Source: Myxococcota bacterium (lineage in GTDB: Bacteria > Myxococcota_A > UBA796 > UBA2385). From it: 64,000 nt of DNA. Location: positions 384,001 through 448,000 of the forward strand of contig JBIJDH010000002.1 of NCBI GenBank assembly GCA_044344255.1. Direction: 5' to 3'. The notes under the pieces were generated by a model, which saw nothing but the letters and a program-made list of their open reading frames with translations, had not been told where the DNA came from and did no database searches. Made by a program: the position numbers and the translations under genes. Shown in pieces: positions 42,644 through 52,227 of this stretch (position 1 is the stretch's first letter; every line of letters begins with the position of its first letter).

Positions 42644-43696
42644 TCAGTCTTCGAGCGTCGCCACGCCGGGCAGGTTTCGGGCCCGCCGGACGCGGTAGGG
42701 CGCCTTGGCTTGGATCTCATAGTGCATGCGGATCAGCACCTCAGCGATGATGCCGAGGGTGATCTCCACCACGCCGAAGATCGCGAGCATGGGGCTTACC
42801 ACGGTCAGGGCGGCTGCCATCTCTGGCTGCTCGGCCCAGCCCCAGAAGCCGAGCGCGGCGACCCCAGAGAGGCCCCCCGCGAAGACGAGCAGGAAGCCCA
42901 CCCAGCCGAAGAAGTAGATGGGCGTCACATAGAAGTCGCGGAGAAACTTGACGGTCGTGAGATCGAGCAAGACCTTTGGGATCCGCCCGAGGCCGTACTT
43001 GCTCTGGCCGCGGGTTCGGGCGTGGTGGCGAACGGGTACCTCGAGGATGCGGGCCCCCGCCCAGGTCACATAGATCGGGATGAAACGGTGCATCTCCCCG
43101 TAGAGCGGGATGTCTTTGATGTACTCGCGCTTGTACACCCGCAGCGTGCAGCCGTAGTCGTGGAGCGGCACCTTGGAGAGCGCGCTGATCAGCCAGTTCG
43201 CCATCCGGCTCGGGAGGGTGCGGGAGAGCCAGGCATCCTGGCGGTCCTTTCTCCAGCCGCACACCACGTCACAGTCGGTGAGGTGGGCCAGCATCCGGGG
43301 GATGTCGGCGGGGTCGTTCTGGAGGTCGGCGTCCAGGGTGACGAGCACCGGGGCCCTCGCGTTGCGGATGCCCGCGGTGAGCGCCGCCGTCTGTCCGTAG
43401 TTGCGGACGAAGTGCAGGACCCGCACCCGCTCGTCCTGGTCCGCGAGGTGGTCGAGGGCGCGGGCGCTGCCGTCCCGGCTGCCGTCGTTGACGAGCAGGA
43501 GCTCCCAACGACGGTCTCCCATGGCGGCGACGATCGCCGAATAGAGGGGCTCTATATTTCCTTCTTCATCGTACACCGGCACGACGAGGCTGACCTCGGG
43601 GAGCGCAGCCGGCGGGCGTGGGCCAGAGGGGGCAGGCTCAGGCGGGATCGCCAGGGCAGGAGTAGGCCCAGGTGCTGAGCTGGTCGGCGTTCCCAT
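42644..43696 (-). CDS. Glycosyltransferase family 2 (ArnC/DPM1-like, C-terminal TM hairpin)
   Basis: VPVYDEE, VNDGSRD, NYGQTAA, LDADLQNDP, DYGC, GEMHRFIP; start uncertain (overlaps neighbour). Confidence 0.9.
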   Translation of the reverse strand: MGTPTSSAPGPTPALAIPPEPAPSGPRPPAALPEVSLVVPVYDEEGNIEPLYSAIVAAMGDRRWELLLVNDGSRDGSARALDHLADQDERVRVLHFVRNYGQTAALTAGIRNARAPVLVTLDADLQNDPADIPRMLAHLTDCDVVCGWRKDRQDAWLSRTLPSRMANWLISALSKVPLHDYGCTLRVYKREYIKDIPLYGEMHRFIPIYVTWAGARILEVPVRHHARTRGQSKYGLGRIPKVLLDLTTVKFLRDFYVTPIYFFGWVGFLLVFAGGLSGVAALGFWGWAEQPEMAAALTVVSPMLAIFGVVEITLGIIAEVLIRMHYEIQAKAPYRVRRARNLPGVATLED

Positions 43697-44645
43697 CGAT
43701 GTCCCAATCGGTGCGCTCCTCGACGGGGCGCCCCTCGCTGTCGTGGAGCCAGGTCCACCGGGTGATGTTGTGGTCGGCGTCGATGGACTCCGCCGATTCG
43801 AGCAGGCAGTCGGCGTAGACGCGGGTGGTGCTGAGGTCGGGTGTGCCGTCGGCGTCTGCGTCCTCGGCCTCGACGGTCAGGTTGCCGAGCGCGTCGTACG
43901 TGTAGGTGATCGACTCGTCCGTGACCCCGTCGGCGTCGGCGTCGGTGCGCTCCTCGATCACGCGCCCCGCCTCCACGGTCCAGCTCCGGCGGAAGTCGGC
44001 GACGCCATCTCCGCCATAGTCCCACTCCTCGAGCACCGGGAGCTCCCCCTCCCAGACTCGGGTGACGGAAGAGTCACCCTGTCCGTCGAGGTCGGCGTCC
44101 TCTTCCTCGAAGGTGATGTGGCCCAGGCCGTCGGTCTCGTAGCGCCACTGCTTGTCCAGGACGCCGTCGGAGCCCGCGTCGTAGGACTTGCCGGTGGGCT
44201 CCCCATCGCCGTCGTAGGCCCAGGTGTAGGTGTAGAGCGCGCGCCCCACGCACCACTCGAGCTCGGGCGCGCCGTCCGGCCGCCAGGCGTAGCCGCAGAG
44301 GACCCAGTCATCGGGATCTTCGCTGCTCTGCTCATCAAAGGAGGAGAGCTGGCCGACCGCGTCGTAGAGCGCGCGAGAGCGGGTGAGCCTGCGGCCGTCG
44401 GACTGGTCATCCTCCGATCCGGTCACGAGGCAGCCGGGGAGGGGAGGGGAGGGATCGTAGGGCGCGCAGACAGGCGCCTCGTCGTCGGCGTCGTCGGCGT
44501 CGGCGAGCTCGGCCTCCTTGCCGCCGCAGGCGCTGAACAGGCTCACGAGCCCGAGGCCGAGGAGCGCGCGGTTGGACGAAGGCGGGCCCGCGCAGCGGAG
44601 CAGGGAGCGCTGAGGACGCACGATCGGCCTCCGGTGAGCCCGCAT
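43638..44645 (-). CDS. Lipoprotein with repeated DxDxDG..D / YD-like beta-hairpin units
   Basis: Lipobox LFSAC; repeats DAGSDGVLD, DADLDGQGD, DADADGVTD, DADADGTPD, DWDIDGNAD flanked by YxYD. Confidence 0.7.
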   Translation of the reverse strand: MRAHRRPIVRPQRSLLRCAGPPSSNRALLGLGLVSLFSACGGKEAELADADDADDEAPVCAPYDPSPPLPGCLVTGSEDDQSDGRRLTRSRALYDAVGQLSSFDEQSSEDPDDWVLCGYAWRPDGAPELEWCVGRALYTYTWAYDGDGEPTGKSYDAGSDGVLDKQWRYETDGLGHITFEEEDADLDGQGDSSVTRVWEGELPVLEEWDYGGDGVADFRRSWTVEAGRVIEERTDADADGVTDESITYTYDALGNLTVEAEDADADGTPDLSTTRVYADCLLESAESIDADHNITRWTWLHDSEGRPVEERTDWDIDGNADQLSTWAYSCPGDPA

Positions 44646-44695
44646 CCTACCGCGCGCGGCCCGGCGCGGGCGCCGCTCGGTTATCAGCCGGCCTC

Positions 44696-46210
44696 ATGTC
44701 GCCCTCTATTGCCTCGCCTGTCCCCCTCCGCCCGCTCCGAAAGGTGCTCATCGCGAACCGCGGGGAGATCGCGGTCCGCATCATCCGCGGCTGCCACGAG
44801 CGCGGCTTGCAGACGGTGGCGGTCTTCTCAGAGGCTGACCGCCTCGCCCTGCACGTCCGCAGCGCTGGAGAGGCCGTCTGCATCGGCAAGCCGCCGAGCC
44901 GCGAGAGCTACCTCGTGGCCGAGCGCATCATCGCCGCCGCCCTGCAGACCGGCGCCGACGCCATTCATCCCGGCTACGGCTTCCTCTCCGAGAACGCTGT
45001 CTTTGCGCAGCAGGTGCTGGACGCGGGCCTCATCTGGATCGGGCCGCCCCCCTCGGCCATCGCCGCGATGGGCAGCAAGACGGAGAGCCGCGCCCGGATG
45101 GTGGCGGCGGGCGTGCCGGTCGTGCCCGGCACCACCGAGCCCTTGCGCTCGGAGGCCGAGGCGATCGAGGTCGCCCGTTCGATCGGCTACCCCGTGATGC
45201 TCAAGGCGGCCTCGGGCGGCGGTGGTAAGGGGATGCGCCGTGTGGATCGGGAGGAAGACCTCCTCTCCTCGCTCCGCACGGCCCGCTCGGAGGCCCAGTC
45301 CTCGTTCTCCGATGACGCGGTCTATGTCGAGAAGCTGATCCTCGAGCCCCGCCACGTCGAGGTGCAGGTGCTGGCCGACCGCTACGGCCACACCGTGCAC
45401 CTCTTCGAGCGCGAGTGTTCGATCCAGCGTCGCAACCAGAAGGTCGTCGAAGAGTCGCCCTGCCCCGTGCTCTCCGCCGAGACCCGCGCTGCGATGACGG
45501 CCGTGGCCGTGCAGGCGGCGAAGGCGGTCGGCTACGAGAGCGCCGGCACCTGCGAGTTCCTCTACGGAGCCGACGGCAGCTTCTACTTCCTCGAGATGAA
45601 CACGCGCCTGCAGGTCGAGCACCCGATCACCGAGCTCGTGACCGGGGTCGACCTCGTGCACGCCCAGCTCCGCGTGGCAGCGGGCGAGCCCCTCTGGTTT
45701 CAGCAGTCTGACCTCTCCCAGCGCGGCCACGCCATCGAGCTGCGCGTGTACGCGGAGGACCCTGCGGCCAACTGGGCACCCTCTCCCGGCACGGTCACGG
45801 GCTATCGCGAGCCCGCCGGCCCCTGGGTTCGGGTGGACGGCTGCGTCGTGCAAGGCGGGGAGGTGCCGATCTACTACGACCCCATGGTCGCCAAGCTGGC
45901 GGTCTGGGGCAGCACACGCGAAGAGGCCATCATCCGGGCCTCGCGGGCGCTGCGCGAGTACCGCGTGCGCGGGATCCGAACCTCGATCCCCTTCTTTCGG
46001 GCCCTGATGGCCGACGAAGACTTCCGCGCCGGCCGCACCCACACGGGCTTTCTGAGCCCCGAGCGGATGGACCGCCTCTGCGCCGCCAGCCGCGAAGACG
46101 AGGTGGCCACACTCGCCGCGGCCATCGCCGCCCTGCAGCGTGACTCCGCCCTGAAGCGCCCGGCTGAGGCCAGCGCTGACGTCAACCGCTGGAAGTGGAG
46201 CCTCCGATGA
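44696..46210 (+). CDS. accC: Biotin carboxylase subunit of an acyl-CoA carboxylase
   Basis: IANRGEIAVR, HPGYGFLSEN, GGGGKGMR, RECSIQRRNQK, FLEMNTRLQVEHP, YYDPMVAK. Confidence 0.95.
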   Translation: MSPSIASPVPLRPLRKVLIANRGEIAVRIIRGCHERGLQTVAVFSEADRLALHVRSAGEAVCIGKPPSRESYLVAERIIAAALQTGADAIHPGYGFLSENAVFAQQVLDAGLIWIGPPPSAIAAMGSKTESRARMVAAGVPVVPGTTEPLRSEAEAIEVARSIGYPVMLKAASGGGGKGMRRVDREEDLLSSLRTARSEAQSSFSDDAVYVEKLILEPRHVEVQVLADRYGHTVHLFERECSIQRRNQKVVEESPCPVLSAETRAAMTAVAVQAAKAVGYESAGTCEFLYGADGSFYFLEMNTRLQVEHPITELVTGVDLVHAQLRVAAGEPLWFQQSDLSQRGHAIELRVYAEDPAANWAPSPGTVTGYREPAGPWVRVDGCVVQGGEVPIYYDPMVAKLAVWGSTREEAIIRASRALREYRVRGIRTSIPFFRALMADEDFRAGRTHTGFLSPERMDRLCAASREDEVATLAAAIAALQRDSALKRPAEASADVNRWKWSLR

Positions 46211-46734
46211 GCGCCAGCACCTACGAGATCACCACGGGCGGGGTCACGCGCCTCGTCCAGATCGAGGCCGCCGGAGAGGGGATCGGCGGCCAGGGCTGGC
46301 GCTACCGCATCTCGATCGATGGCGGCCCGGTCGTGCTCGTGGAGGCCCAGCGCCCCGAGCAAGGCTTGCTCTCCTTGCTCATCGACGGTCGCTCGCTCGA
46401 CGTCGGCGTGCTGCCCACCGAGGAGGGCTTCGAGTGCGACGTGCTCGGCATCCCCCACGAGGTGGGCGTGGTCGACCCCCAGCGCCGCCCCCTCCGGCAC
46501 GCCGGCTCCGACGGCGCCGCCGTGATCAAGGCGCAGATGCCCGGCCGCATCGTACGGCGGCTCGTCGAGGAGGGCGCGGTGGTCGGGAAGGGCGATCCTC
46601 TGCTCGTCGTCGAGGCGATGAAGATGGAGAACGAGATCAAGGCGCCGCGGCCAGGGCGGGTGCTCCGCTTCGCGGTGGCGGTGGGGGATCTCGTGGAGGC
46701 CCGCGCCCTGTTGGTGGAGCTCGGGGACCTGTAG
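46207..46734 (+). CDS. Biotin carboxyl carrier protein (with BT-like N-domain)
   Basis: MPG...EAMKMENE; ATGA overlap with accC. Confidence 0.92.
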   Translation: MSASTYEITTGGVTRLVQIEAAGEGIGGQGWRYRISIDGGPVVLVEAQRPEQGLLSLLIDGRSLDVGVLPTEEGFECDVLGIPHEVGVVDPQRRPLRHAGSDGAAVIKAQMPGRIVRRLVEEGAVVGKGDPLLVVEAMKMENEIKAPRPGRVLRFAVAVGDLVEARALLVELGDL

Positions 46735-46803
46735 TCGCCCCCATCGTCTCTGATTCGGTGTGTACGTACTGCTCCGGTCTCGAGCAGACCGTCGGGAGCC
46801 CAG

Positions 46804-48441
46804 ATGTCCGAGAGTCGAAGCGAGTGGGAGGCCAGGGTCCTGGCCCGGGCAAAGGCCAAGGGTGGGACGCGCAAGGCGCGCTTTAGCCGGTCGGGTGGAG
46901 AGGCGGTCGCCGATCTCTATAGCCCCGAGCGGCCCCCCCAGGGCGTGGGCTTCCCGGCGGAGTTCCCGTATACACGGGGTATCCAGCCGACGATGTACCG
47001 TGGCCGACTGTGGACGATGCGGCAATACGCCGGCTTCGGGACGGCCCGCGAGTCGAACGAGCGCTACCGCTACCTCCTCTCCCAGGGCACGACGGGCCTC
47101 TCGGTGGCCTTCGATCTGCCCACCCAGATGGGCTACGACTCCGACCACCCGAAGTCCGCGGGTGAGGTGGGCAAGGTGGGCGTGGCCATCGACTCCATCG
47201 ATGACATGGCCGTGCTCTTCGACGGCATCCCGCTCGACCGCGTGAGCACCTCGATGACCATCAACGCCACAGCGGGCACGCTGCTGGCGCTCTACATGGC
47301 CGTCGCCAAGGGCCAGGGGGTCCGCGGCGATCAGCTCCGCGGCACCATTCAGAACGACGTGCTCAAGGAGTACATGGCGCGGGGCACCTACATCTACCCG
47401 CCCCGGGCCTCGATGCGGCTCATCACCGACATCTTCGCCTTCTCCCGGAAGGAGGCGCCATCTTGGAACACCATCTCGATCAGCGGCTACCACATCCGGG
47501 AGGCCGGCTGCACCGCCGCGCAAGAGATCGCCTTCACGCTGGCCGACGGCGTGGCCTATGTGGAAGCCGCGCTCGCGGCGGGGCTCGCGGTCGATGACTT
47601 CGCACCGCAGCTCAGCTTCTTCTTCAACGCGCACAACAACCTGCTGGAGGAGGTGGCCAAGTTCCGCGCGGCACGTCGGATGTGGGCCCACCTGATGCGC
47701 GACCGCTTCGGCGCGAAGGACCCGCGCTCCTGGATGCTCCGTTTTCATACCCAGACGGCTGGCAGCACCCTGACCGCGCAGCAGGTCGACAACAACGTCG
47801 TGCGGGTGACCCTGCAGGCCTTGGCCGCGGTGCTGGGCGGCACCCAGAGCCTGCACACGAACAGCCGGGACGAGGCCCTGGCCCTGCCCACCGAGCAGAG
47901 CGCCCGCCTCGCGCTCCGCACCCAGCAGGTCATCGGCAGCGAGAGCGGGGTGGCCGACTTCGTCGATCCGCTGGGCGGCAGCTACGTCATCGAGGCGCTC
48001 ACCGACGAGCTCGAGGCGACGGCCCTGCGGTACATGGCCGAGATCGACGGCCTGGGCGGCATGGTCCGGGCGATCGAGGAGGGCTTCCCGCAGCGGGAGA
48101 TCCAGAACGCCGCCTACGCCGCCCAGGTCGAACAGGACCGCGGGGAGCGTGAGGTGGTCGGGCTCAACACCGCGGTGATGGCGCCAGAGCCCGAGCCCGA
48201 CACCCTCCGCGTCTCACCCACCCTCGAGGCAGAGCAGGTGGCCCGCCTCCAGGCCTTCCGCCGCCACCGGGCCGCCGCGCCGGCCCGCGAGGCCCTCGAC
48301 GCCGTCCAGCAAGCGGCCTCCGGGGAGGAGAACCTGATGCCGCGCATCCTCCACGCGGTCGAGTCGCGCTGCACCCTGGGCGAGATCGCCGACGCGCTGC
48401 GCGCTGTCTTCGGCGAATACCGAGAGCGGGTCGTGATCTGA
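46804..48441 (+). CDS. Methylmalonyl-CoA mutase, substrate-binding subunit (split type)
   Basis: [50 protein letters not shown]; no B12-binding DxHxxG domain. Confidence 0.95.
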   Translation: MSESRSEWEARVLARAKAKGGTRKARFSRSGGEAVADLYSPERPPQGVGFPAEFPYTRGIQPTMYRGRLWTMRQYAGFGTARESNERYRYLLSQGTTGLSVAFDLPTQMGYDSDHPKSAGEVGKVGVAIDSIDDMAVLFDGIPLDRVSTSMTINATAGTLLALYMAVAKGQGVRGDQLRGTIQNDVLKEYMARGTYIYPPRASMRLITDIFAFSRKEAPSWNTISISGYHIREAGCTAAQEIAFTLADGVAYVEAALAAGLAVDDFAPQLSFFFNAHNNLLEEVAKFRAARRMWAHLMRDRFGAKDPRSWMLRFHTQTAGSTLTAQQVDNNVVRVTLQALAAVLGGTQSLHTNSRDEALALPTEQSARLALRTQQVIGSESGVADFVDPLGGSYVIEALTDELEATALRYMAEIDGLGGMVRAIEEGFPQREIQNAAYAAQVEQDRGEREVVGLNTAVMAPEPEPDTLRVSPTLEAEQVARLQAFRRHRAAAPAREALDAVQQAASGEENLMPRILHAVESRCTLGEIADALRAVFGEYRERVVI

Positions 48442-48469
48442 GGAGGGCTCCGCGCAGCGGCGCGGGCGC

Positions 48470-49060
48470 TCAAAAGGTGTAGGCGACCGTCGTTGTGTCG
48501 AGGAGCAGGCGCAGCTCTCCGCCGCTGGACGTGTAGGCGGCCTCGTAGGCCCCCGCCAGCGGCGCGAGCTGGAAGCGCAGCGTCTCCATGGCGTAGGCCT
48601 CGCACATGTCCCCGTTGGACTCATGTTGGAGGATGAGCCGCGCGCCGACTGGCTCGGACTCGAGGAAGGCGCCATCCCAGCAGAGGCGGAACCAGTGCTC
48701 CTCGCAGCCCCCGCCGTAGCCGAGCTCGACGACCAGCTCCCCGTCGACCGCGTGCGCGGCGCTCAGATCGTAGCGGTCGACCGCCTCGAAGGGCTCGCAG
48801 ATGACCAGGTCCGTTCGGGTCTCGGTCACGGGGCCCGTGACCACCTCGACCCCGCTGCCGCCGTCCGTCCCGTCCGTCCCATCGGTGCCGTCCGTCCCAT
48901 CGGTGCCGTCCGTCCCATCGGTGCCGTCGGTGCCATCCGTTCCGTCTGTCCCGCTGTCGGGGTCGTCATCGACGGCCTTGCCCGGGGCGCAGGCCACGGA
49001 CAGCAGGAGGAGGAGGCCGAGGCGGGTAGACCGCGGGGAGTGGGTCCTGGAGCGGATCAT
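48470..49060 (-). CDS. Lipoprotein with (GTD)10 linker and NigD-C-like domain
   Basis: Lipobox SVAC; YGGGCEEH, FLESEPV, HE..GD.CEA; domain name is inference. Confidence 0.7.
   Translation of the reverse strand: MIRSRTHSPRSTRLGLLLLLSVACAPGKAVDDDPDSGTDGTDGTDGTDGTDGTDGTDGTDGTDGTDGGSGVEVVTGPVTETRTDLVICEPFEAVDRYDLSAAHAVDGELVVELGYGGGCEEHWFRLCWDGAFLESEPVGARLILQHESNGDMCEAYAMETLRFQLAPLAGAYEAAYTSSGGELRLLLDTTTVAYTF
48863..48952 (-). repeat. 9-bp coding repeat, 10 x Gly-Thr-Asp
   Basis: 90 nt counted directly, with synonymous codon variation. Confidence 0.9.
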
Positions 49061-49103
49061 GGAGTCACCTCTCCCCACTGTAGCCGGATGTGCCCTCGGT
49101 CGC

Positions 49104-49922
49104 TCAGGCGCCGGCTGCGGCGGGACCATCGAGGGGCTCTCGCACTTTGGTCGTGAAGATCCAGGCGATGAGGATGCTCATGCAGTAGAGCACCGTCAAC
49201 GGCACGGCCATCAGGAACTGCGAGAAGATGTCGGTGGAGGGCGTGGCGATTCCGGCGACCAGGAAGATGGCCACGATGGCGTACTTGAAGACGCGGAGGA
49301 GGTCTTTGTGGTCGATGAGGCCGACCCGCGCGAGGAAGAAGGCCACCACCGGGAGCTGGAAGCAGACCCCGAAGGCGAGGATCAGCTTCGTCGCCATCGC
49401 GAGGTAGGCCTGGATCGACAGCACCGCCTCGACGTCCTCTCCCGACACCTCGAGGAGGAAGGGAAAGGCGTATTTGAACACCACGAAGTAGCAGAACGCT
49501 CCGCCCATCAGGAAGAGGCTGGTCGAGGCGAAGACCAGCGGAAGCACGAGCCGCTTCTCCTTTGGGTAGAGCCCGGGGGCCACGAACTGCCAGAATTGGA
49601 AGAACACCACCGGCGAAGAGGCCCCGATGCCGGCGATGGCGGCGACGCGGAACCAGGTCATGACCCCCTCGGTGGGATCGGTGATGGCCATGGTGCCGCG
49701 GCCGTTGGCGTGGATGGCGTCGACCATCGGCGCCACGAGGAAGGCCCAGATCGGATCGACATAAGCGCCCGCGAGGATGACGCCGAGGATGATGGCGGCG
49801 AGCGAGATCACCATTCGTCGGCGGAGCTCCCGGAGGTGCTCCATCAGCGGCATCCGGTAGGCGTCGACGGGGTTGAACTCGTCGGGGCTGCGCGGGAAGG
49901 CGTCGCCAGCGGGCTCGGTCAT
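49104..49922 (-). CDS. tatC: Twin-arginine translocase TatC
   Basis: MPLMEHLRELRRR, FVAPGLYPKEK, AFGVCFQLP, TPSTD, six TM helices. Confidence 0.95.
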   Translation of the reverse strand: MTEPAGDAFPRSPDEFNPVDAYRMPLMEHLRELRRRMVISLAAIILGVILAGAYVDPIWAFLVAPMVDAIHANGRGTMAITDPTEGVMTWFRVAAIAGIGASSPVVFFQFWQFVAPGLYPKEKRLVLPLVFASTSLFLMGGAFCYFVVFKYAFPFLLEVSGEDVEAVLSIQAYLAMATKLILAFGVCFQLPVVAFFLARVGLIDHKDLLRVFKYAIVAIFLVAGIATPSTDIFSQFLMAVPLTVLYCMSILIAWIFTTKVREPLDGPAAAGA

Positions 49923-50353
49923 GCCTGGCTCCCCTCGGGCGTCGGGATGGGCGGACGGGCGGGCTCGGCGGCGGGCTCGATGCCGGCGGGCGAGGCCGGC
50001 TCGGTGGCCGCGACCGGCTCGGCGGCCGCGGCGGGGCCCGGCGCCGCCTCGCCGAGGCTCTCGGTGGCCATCAAGGCCCGCTTGTCGGCGAGCTCCTGGG
50101 CGGCGCGGGCGCGGGCCTCGGTGGCGCGGGCGCGGGCCTCTTCTCGCTTCTTCTTGAGGTCACGGGCCCGCTCTTCGGCCTCAGCGCGGTCGGCCTCGGC
50201 CATGAAGGCGCGGCGCAGCTCATTGCTCGCCTTCATCAGCTTGCCGTACTGCCGGCCGAGGAAGCGCAAGGTCTCCGGCAGCTTGTCAGGGCCCACCACC
50301 ACGATGGCGAGCACCACGATCACGAGGATCTCTCCGAAGCCCAGGTCCAGCAT
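49919..50353 (-). CDS. tatB: Twin-arginine translocase TatB
   Basis: MLDLGFGEILVI...VGPDKLP; overlaps tatC start. Confidence 0.9.
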   Translation of the reverse strand: MLDLGFGEILVIVVLAIVVVGPDKLPETLRFLGRQYGKLMKASNELRRAFMAEADRAEAEERARDLKKKREEARARATEARARAAQELADKRALMATESLGEAAPGPAAAAEPVAATEPASPAGIEPAAEPARPPIPTPEGSQA

Positions 50354-50470
50354 GCACGGGTGTCCGACAGGGGAGCCCCTGGTATCGCGGCGCAGGGGCA
50401 GACGCCCTCTCAGCCGACCGACCCGCGCCGTTGCAGCGTGCGCGCTCGGAGGTCGCTATGATGCCTCCCC

Positions 50471-51442
50471 ATGTGCCGCCTCTTCGGTTTCCGCTCCAAA
50501 GTGCTCAGCCGTACGCACCGTTCGCTGGTGGTGGCCGAGAATGCGCTCGCGCAACAGGCGGCCCACCACGCGGACGGCTGGGGCATCGGCTACTACCAGG
50601 GGGACGATGCCTACGTCCTCAAGAGCGAGGCCGGCGCCTGTGGCGACGAGCGCTTCGAGCGGGTGACCGAGCGGCTTCGCTCCCAGACCTTCGTGGTGCA
50701 CGTCCGCCGCGCGACCGTCGGCGCGCCCGACTACTTCAACTCCCACCCCTTCCGGCACGGGCTGTGGGTCTTCGCGCACAACGGCACCATCTGGGACTTC
50801 GAGCGTCTGCGGCCGCGGCTGCTCGCCGCGATCCGCCCCGATCTGGCGGACATGATCTTCGGCTCGACCGACTCCGAGCACGTGTTCTTCTACCTCCTGT
50901 CGGCCCTCGATCGGGCCGGGGTGGCCGAGGGCGGGCGAGGTGAGGTCGACGTCCTCCGGGCAGCCGAGGCGCTGAGGGCGGCGGTGGGGGAGCTCTACCG
51001 TTGGGCCCAAGAAGAGGACCTCCATCCTCCGCTGTTGAACTTCATTCTTACGAACGGCGAGGCCTTCTTTGCGCAGCGGGCGGGCCTCGAGCTCTACCTC
51101 GCCACCCAGAAGGTCTTTTGCCGCGATCAGGCCACCTGCCGCGAGGCGATCAAGGTCTGCCTCGACGTCGCCCGTCCGCTGGAGGTCCTCCGCCAGGGGA
51201 GGGCGTCGCGGCTCCCCTTCCGGAAGGTCAACCACCTGCTCGTGGCCACCGAGCCGATGGGCGACGAGGACATCTGGGAGGAGGTCCCCGAGGGCATGTT
51301 GCTCGCCATGGGCCCTGAGTTCGCGCTCTACGCCTTGCCTGCCGCCGAGGGCTTCAGCCTCTGCGCGAGCCCGCCTGCGCCGGCGCCCTCGTCGCGCTCC
51401 CGCACGCGCCGCGCGCCGCTCCCCGCGGCCCCCTCGCGCTAG
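50471..51442 (+). CDS. Class II glutamine amidotransferase (YafJ/EgtC-like)
   Basis: MCRLFG, HADGWGIG, HVRRAT, NSHPF, FAHNG, GSTDSE, ATEP. Confidence 0.9.
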   Translation: MCRLFGFRSKVLSRTHRSLVVAENALAQQAAHHADGWGIGYYQGDDAYVLKSEAGACGDERFERVTERLRSQTFVVHVRRATVGAPDYFNSHPFRHGLWVFAHNGTIWDFERLRPRLLAAIRPDLADMIFGSTDSEHVFFYLLSALDRAGVAEGGRGEVDVLRAAEALRAAVGELYRWAQEEDLHPPLLNFILTNGEAFFAQRAGLELYLATQKVFCRDQATCREAIKVCLDVARPLEVLRQGRASRLPFRKVNHLLVATEPMGDEDIWEEVPEGMLLAMGPEFALYALPAAEGFSLCASPPAPAPSSRSRTRRAPLPAAPSR

Positions 51443-51443
51443 C

Positions 51444-52223
51444 GTGCCTCAGCGCCTCTTCGTCGATGGCGCGCTCGTCGAGGCCATCCCCCTCGGGGCC
51501 GACGACCCTGGCTCTCCCTCCGGCCTCAGCGTCTTCGAGACGATGCGCGTCCGCGACGGGCGGGCCTTCCGCCTGGAGGCGCACCTCGCGCGCCTCGCGG
51601 ATGGGGCGGCGCGGCTCGGCCTCCCGGCCCCCCCGACCCGCCTGCTCGAGGCGGAGCTCCGGCAGGTGATGTCGGAGGCTCCGGAGGGCGATCATCGGCT
51701 CCGACTCACGCTCACCGGCGGCGGGCGGCGGATCCTCCAGCTCGAGCCGCTGGTCCTCCACGCAGCCCCGCTTCGGCTGGCCTCCAGGGTCTGGGAGGCC
51801 CCCCCCTGGCCGCCGGCGGACTGCAAGCACGGCCTCCGGGCCGAGCTCCGCCTCGCCCTCGTCGCCGCAGGCGTCGACGAGCTCGTCCGGCTGGATCGCG
51901 AGGGGTGGCTGATTGAAGGCACCTGGAGCAACGTCTGGGTCGAGGTCGAGGGTGAGCTTCGGACCCCGCCCCTGGACGGGGGGCTGCTCCCAGGGGTGAC
52001 GCGGGCGGCTTTGTTGGAGCTCGGGCGTGCGGCGGGCCTGCCAGTGGCAGAGCGCGCCACGCATCGGCGCGCGCCGATGGCCGCGCTCTATGTCTCCTCG
52101 GCGCTCCGCGGCCTCGTGTCGGTGGCCTCGCTCGACGGGGAGGCGCTCCCCGGAGACGGTCCGATCGGCGCGGCGCTACGCGGTCGGTTGGAGGCCGCGC
52201 GCCTTCGAGAGGCCACGGGATGA
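51444..52223 (+). CDS. Aminotransferase class IV (PabC/DAT-like)
   Basis: VFETMR, HLARL, CKH (PLP Lys), EGTWSN, LLPGVTR, SSALRG; GTG start. Confidence 0.85.
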   Translation: MPQRLFVDGALVEAIPLGADDPGSPSGLSVFETMRVRDGRAFRLEAHLARLADGAARLGLPAPPTRLLEAELRQVMSEAPEGDHRLRLTLTGGGRRILQLEPLVLHAAPLRLASRVWEAPPWPPADCKHGLRAELRLALVAAGVDELVRLDREGWLIEGTWSNVWVEVEGELRTPPLDGGLLPGVTRAALLELGRAAGLPVAERATHRRAPMAALYVSSALRGLVSVASLDGEALPGDGPIGAALRGRLEAARLREATG

Positions 52224-52227
52224 GCGG

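Noticed and set aside
43638..44645. RHS toxin
   Set aside because: Too short; no PxxxxDPxG core, toxin tip or immunity gene
50471..51442. Ergothioneine gene egtC
   Set aside because: No egtA, egtB or egtD nearby; only a family-level call is supported
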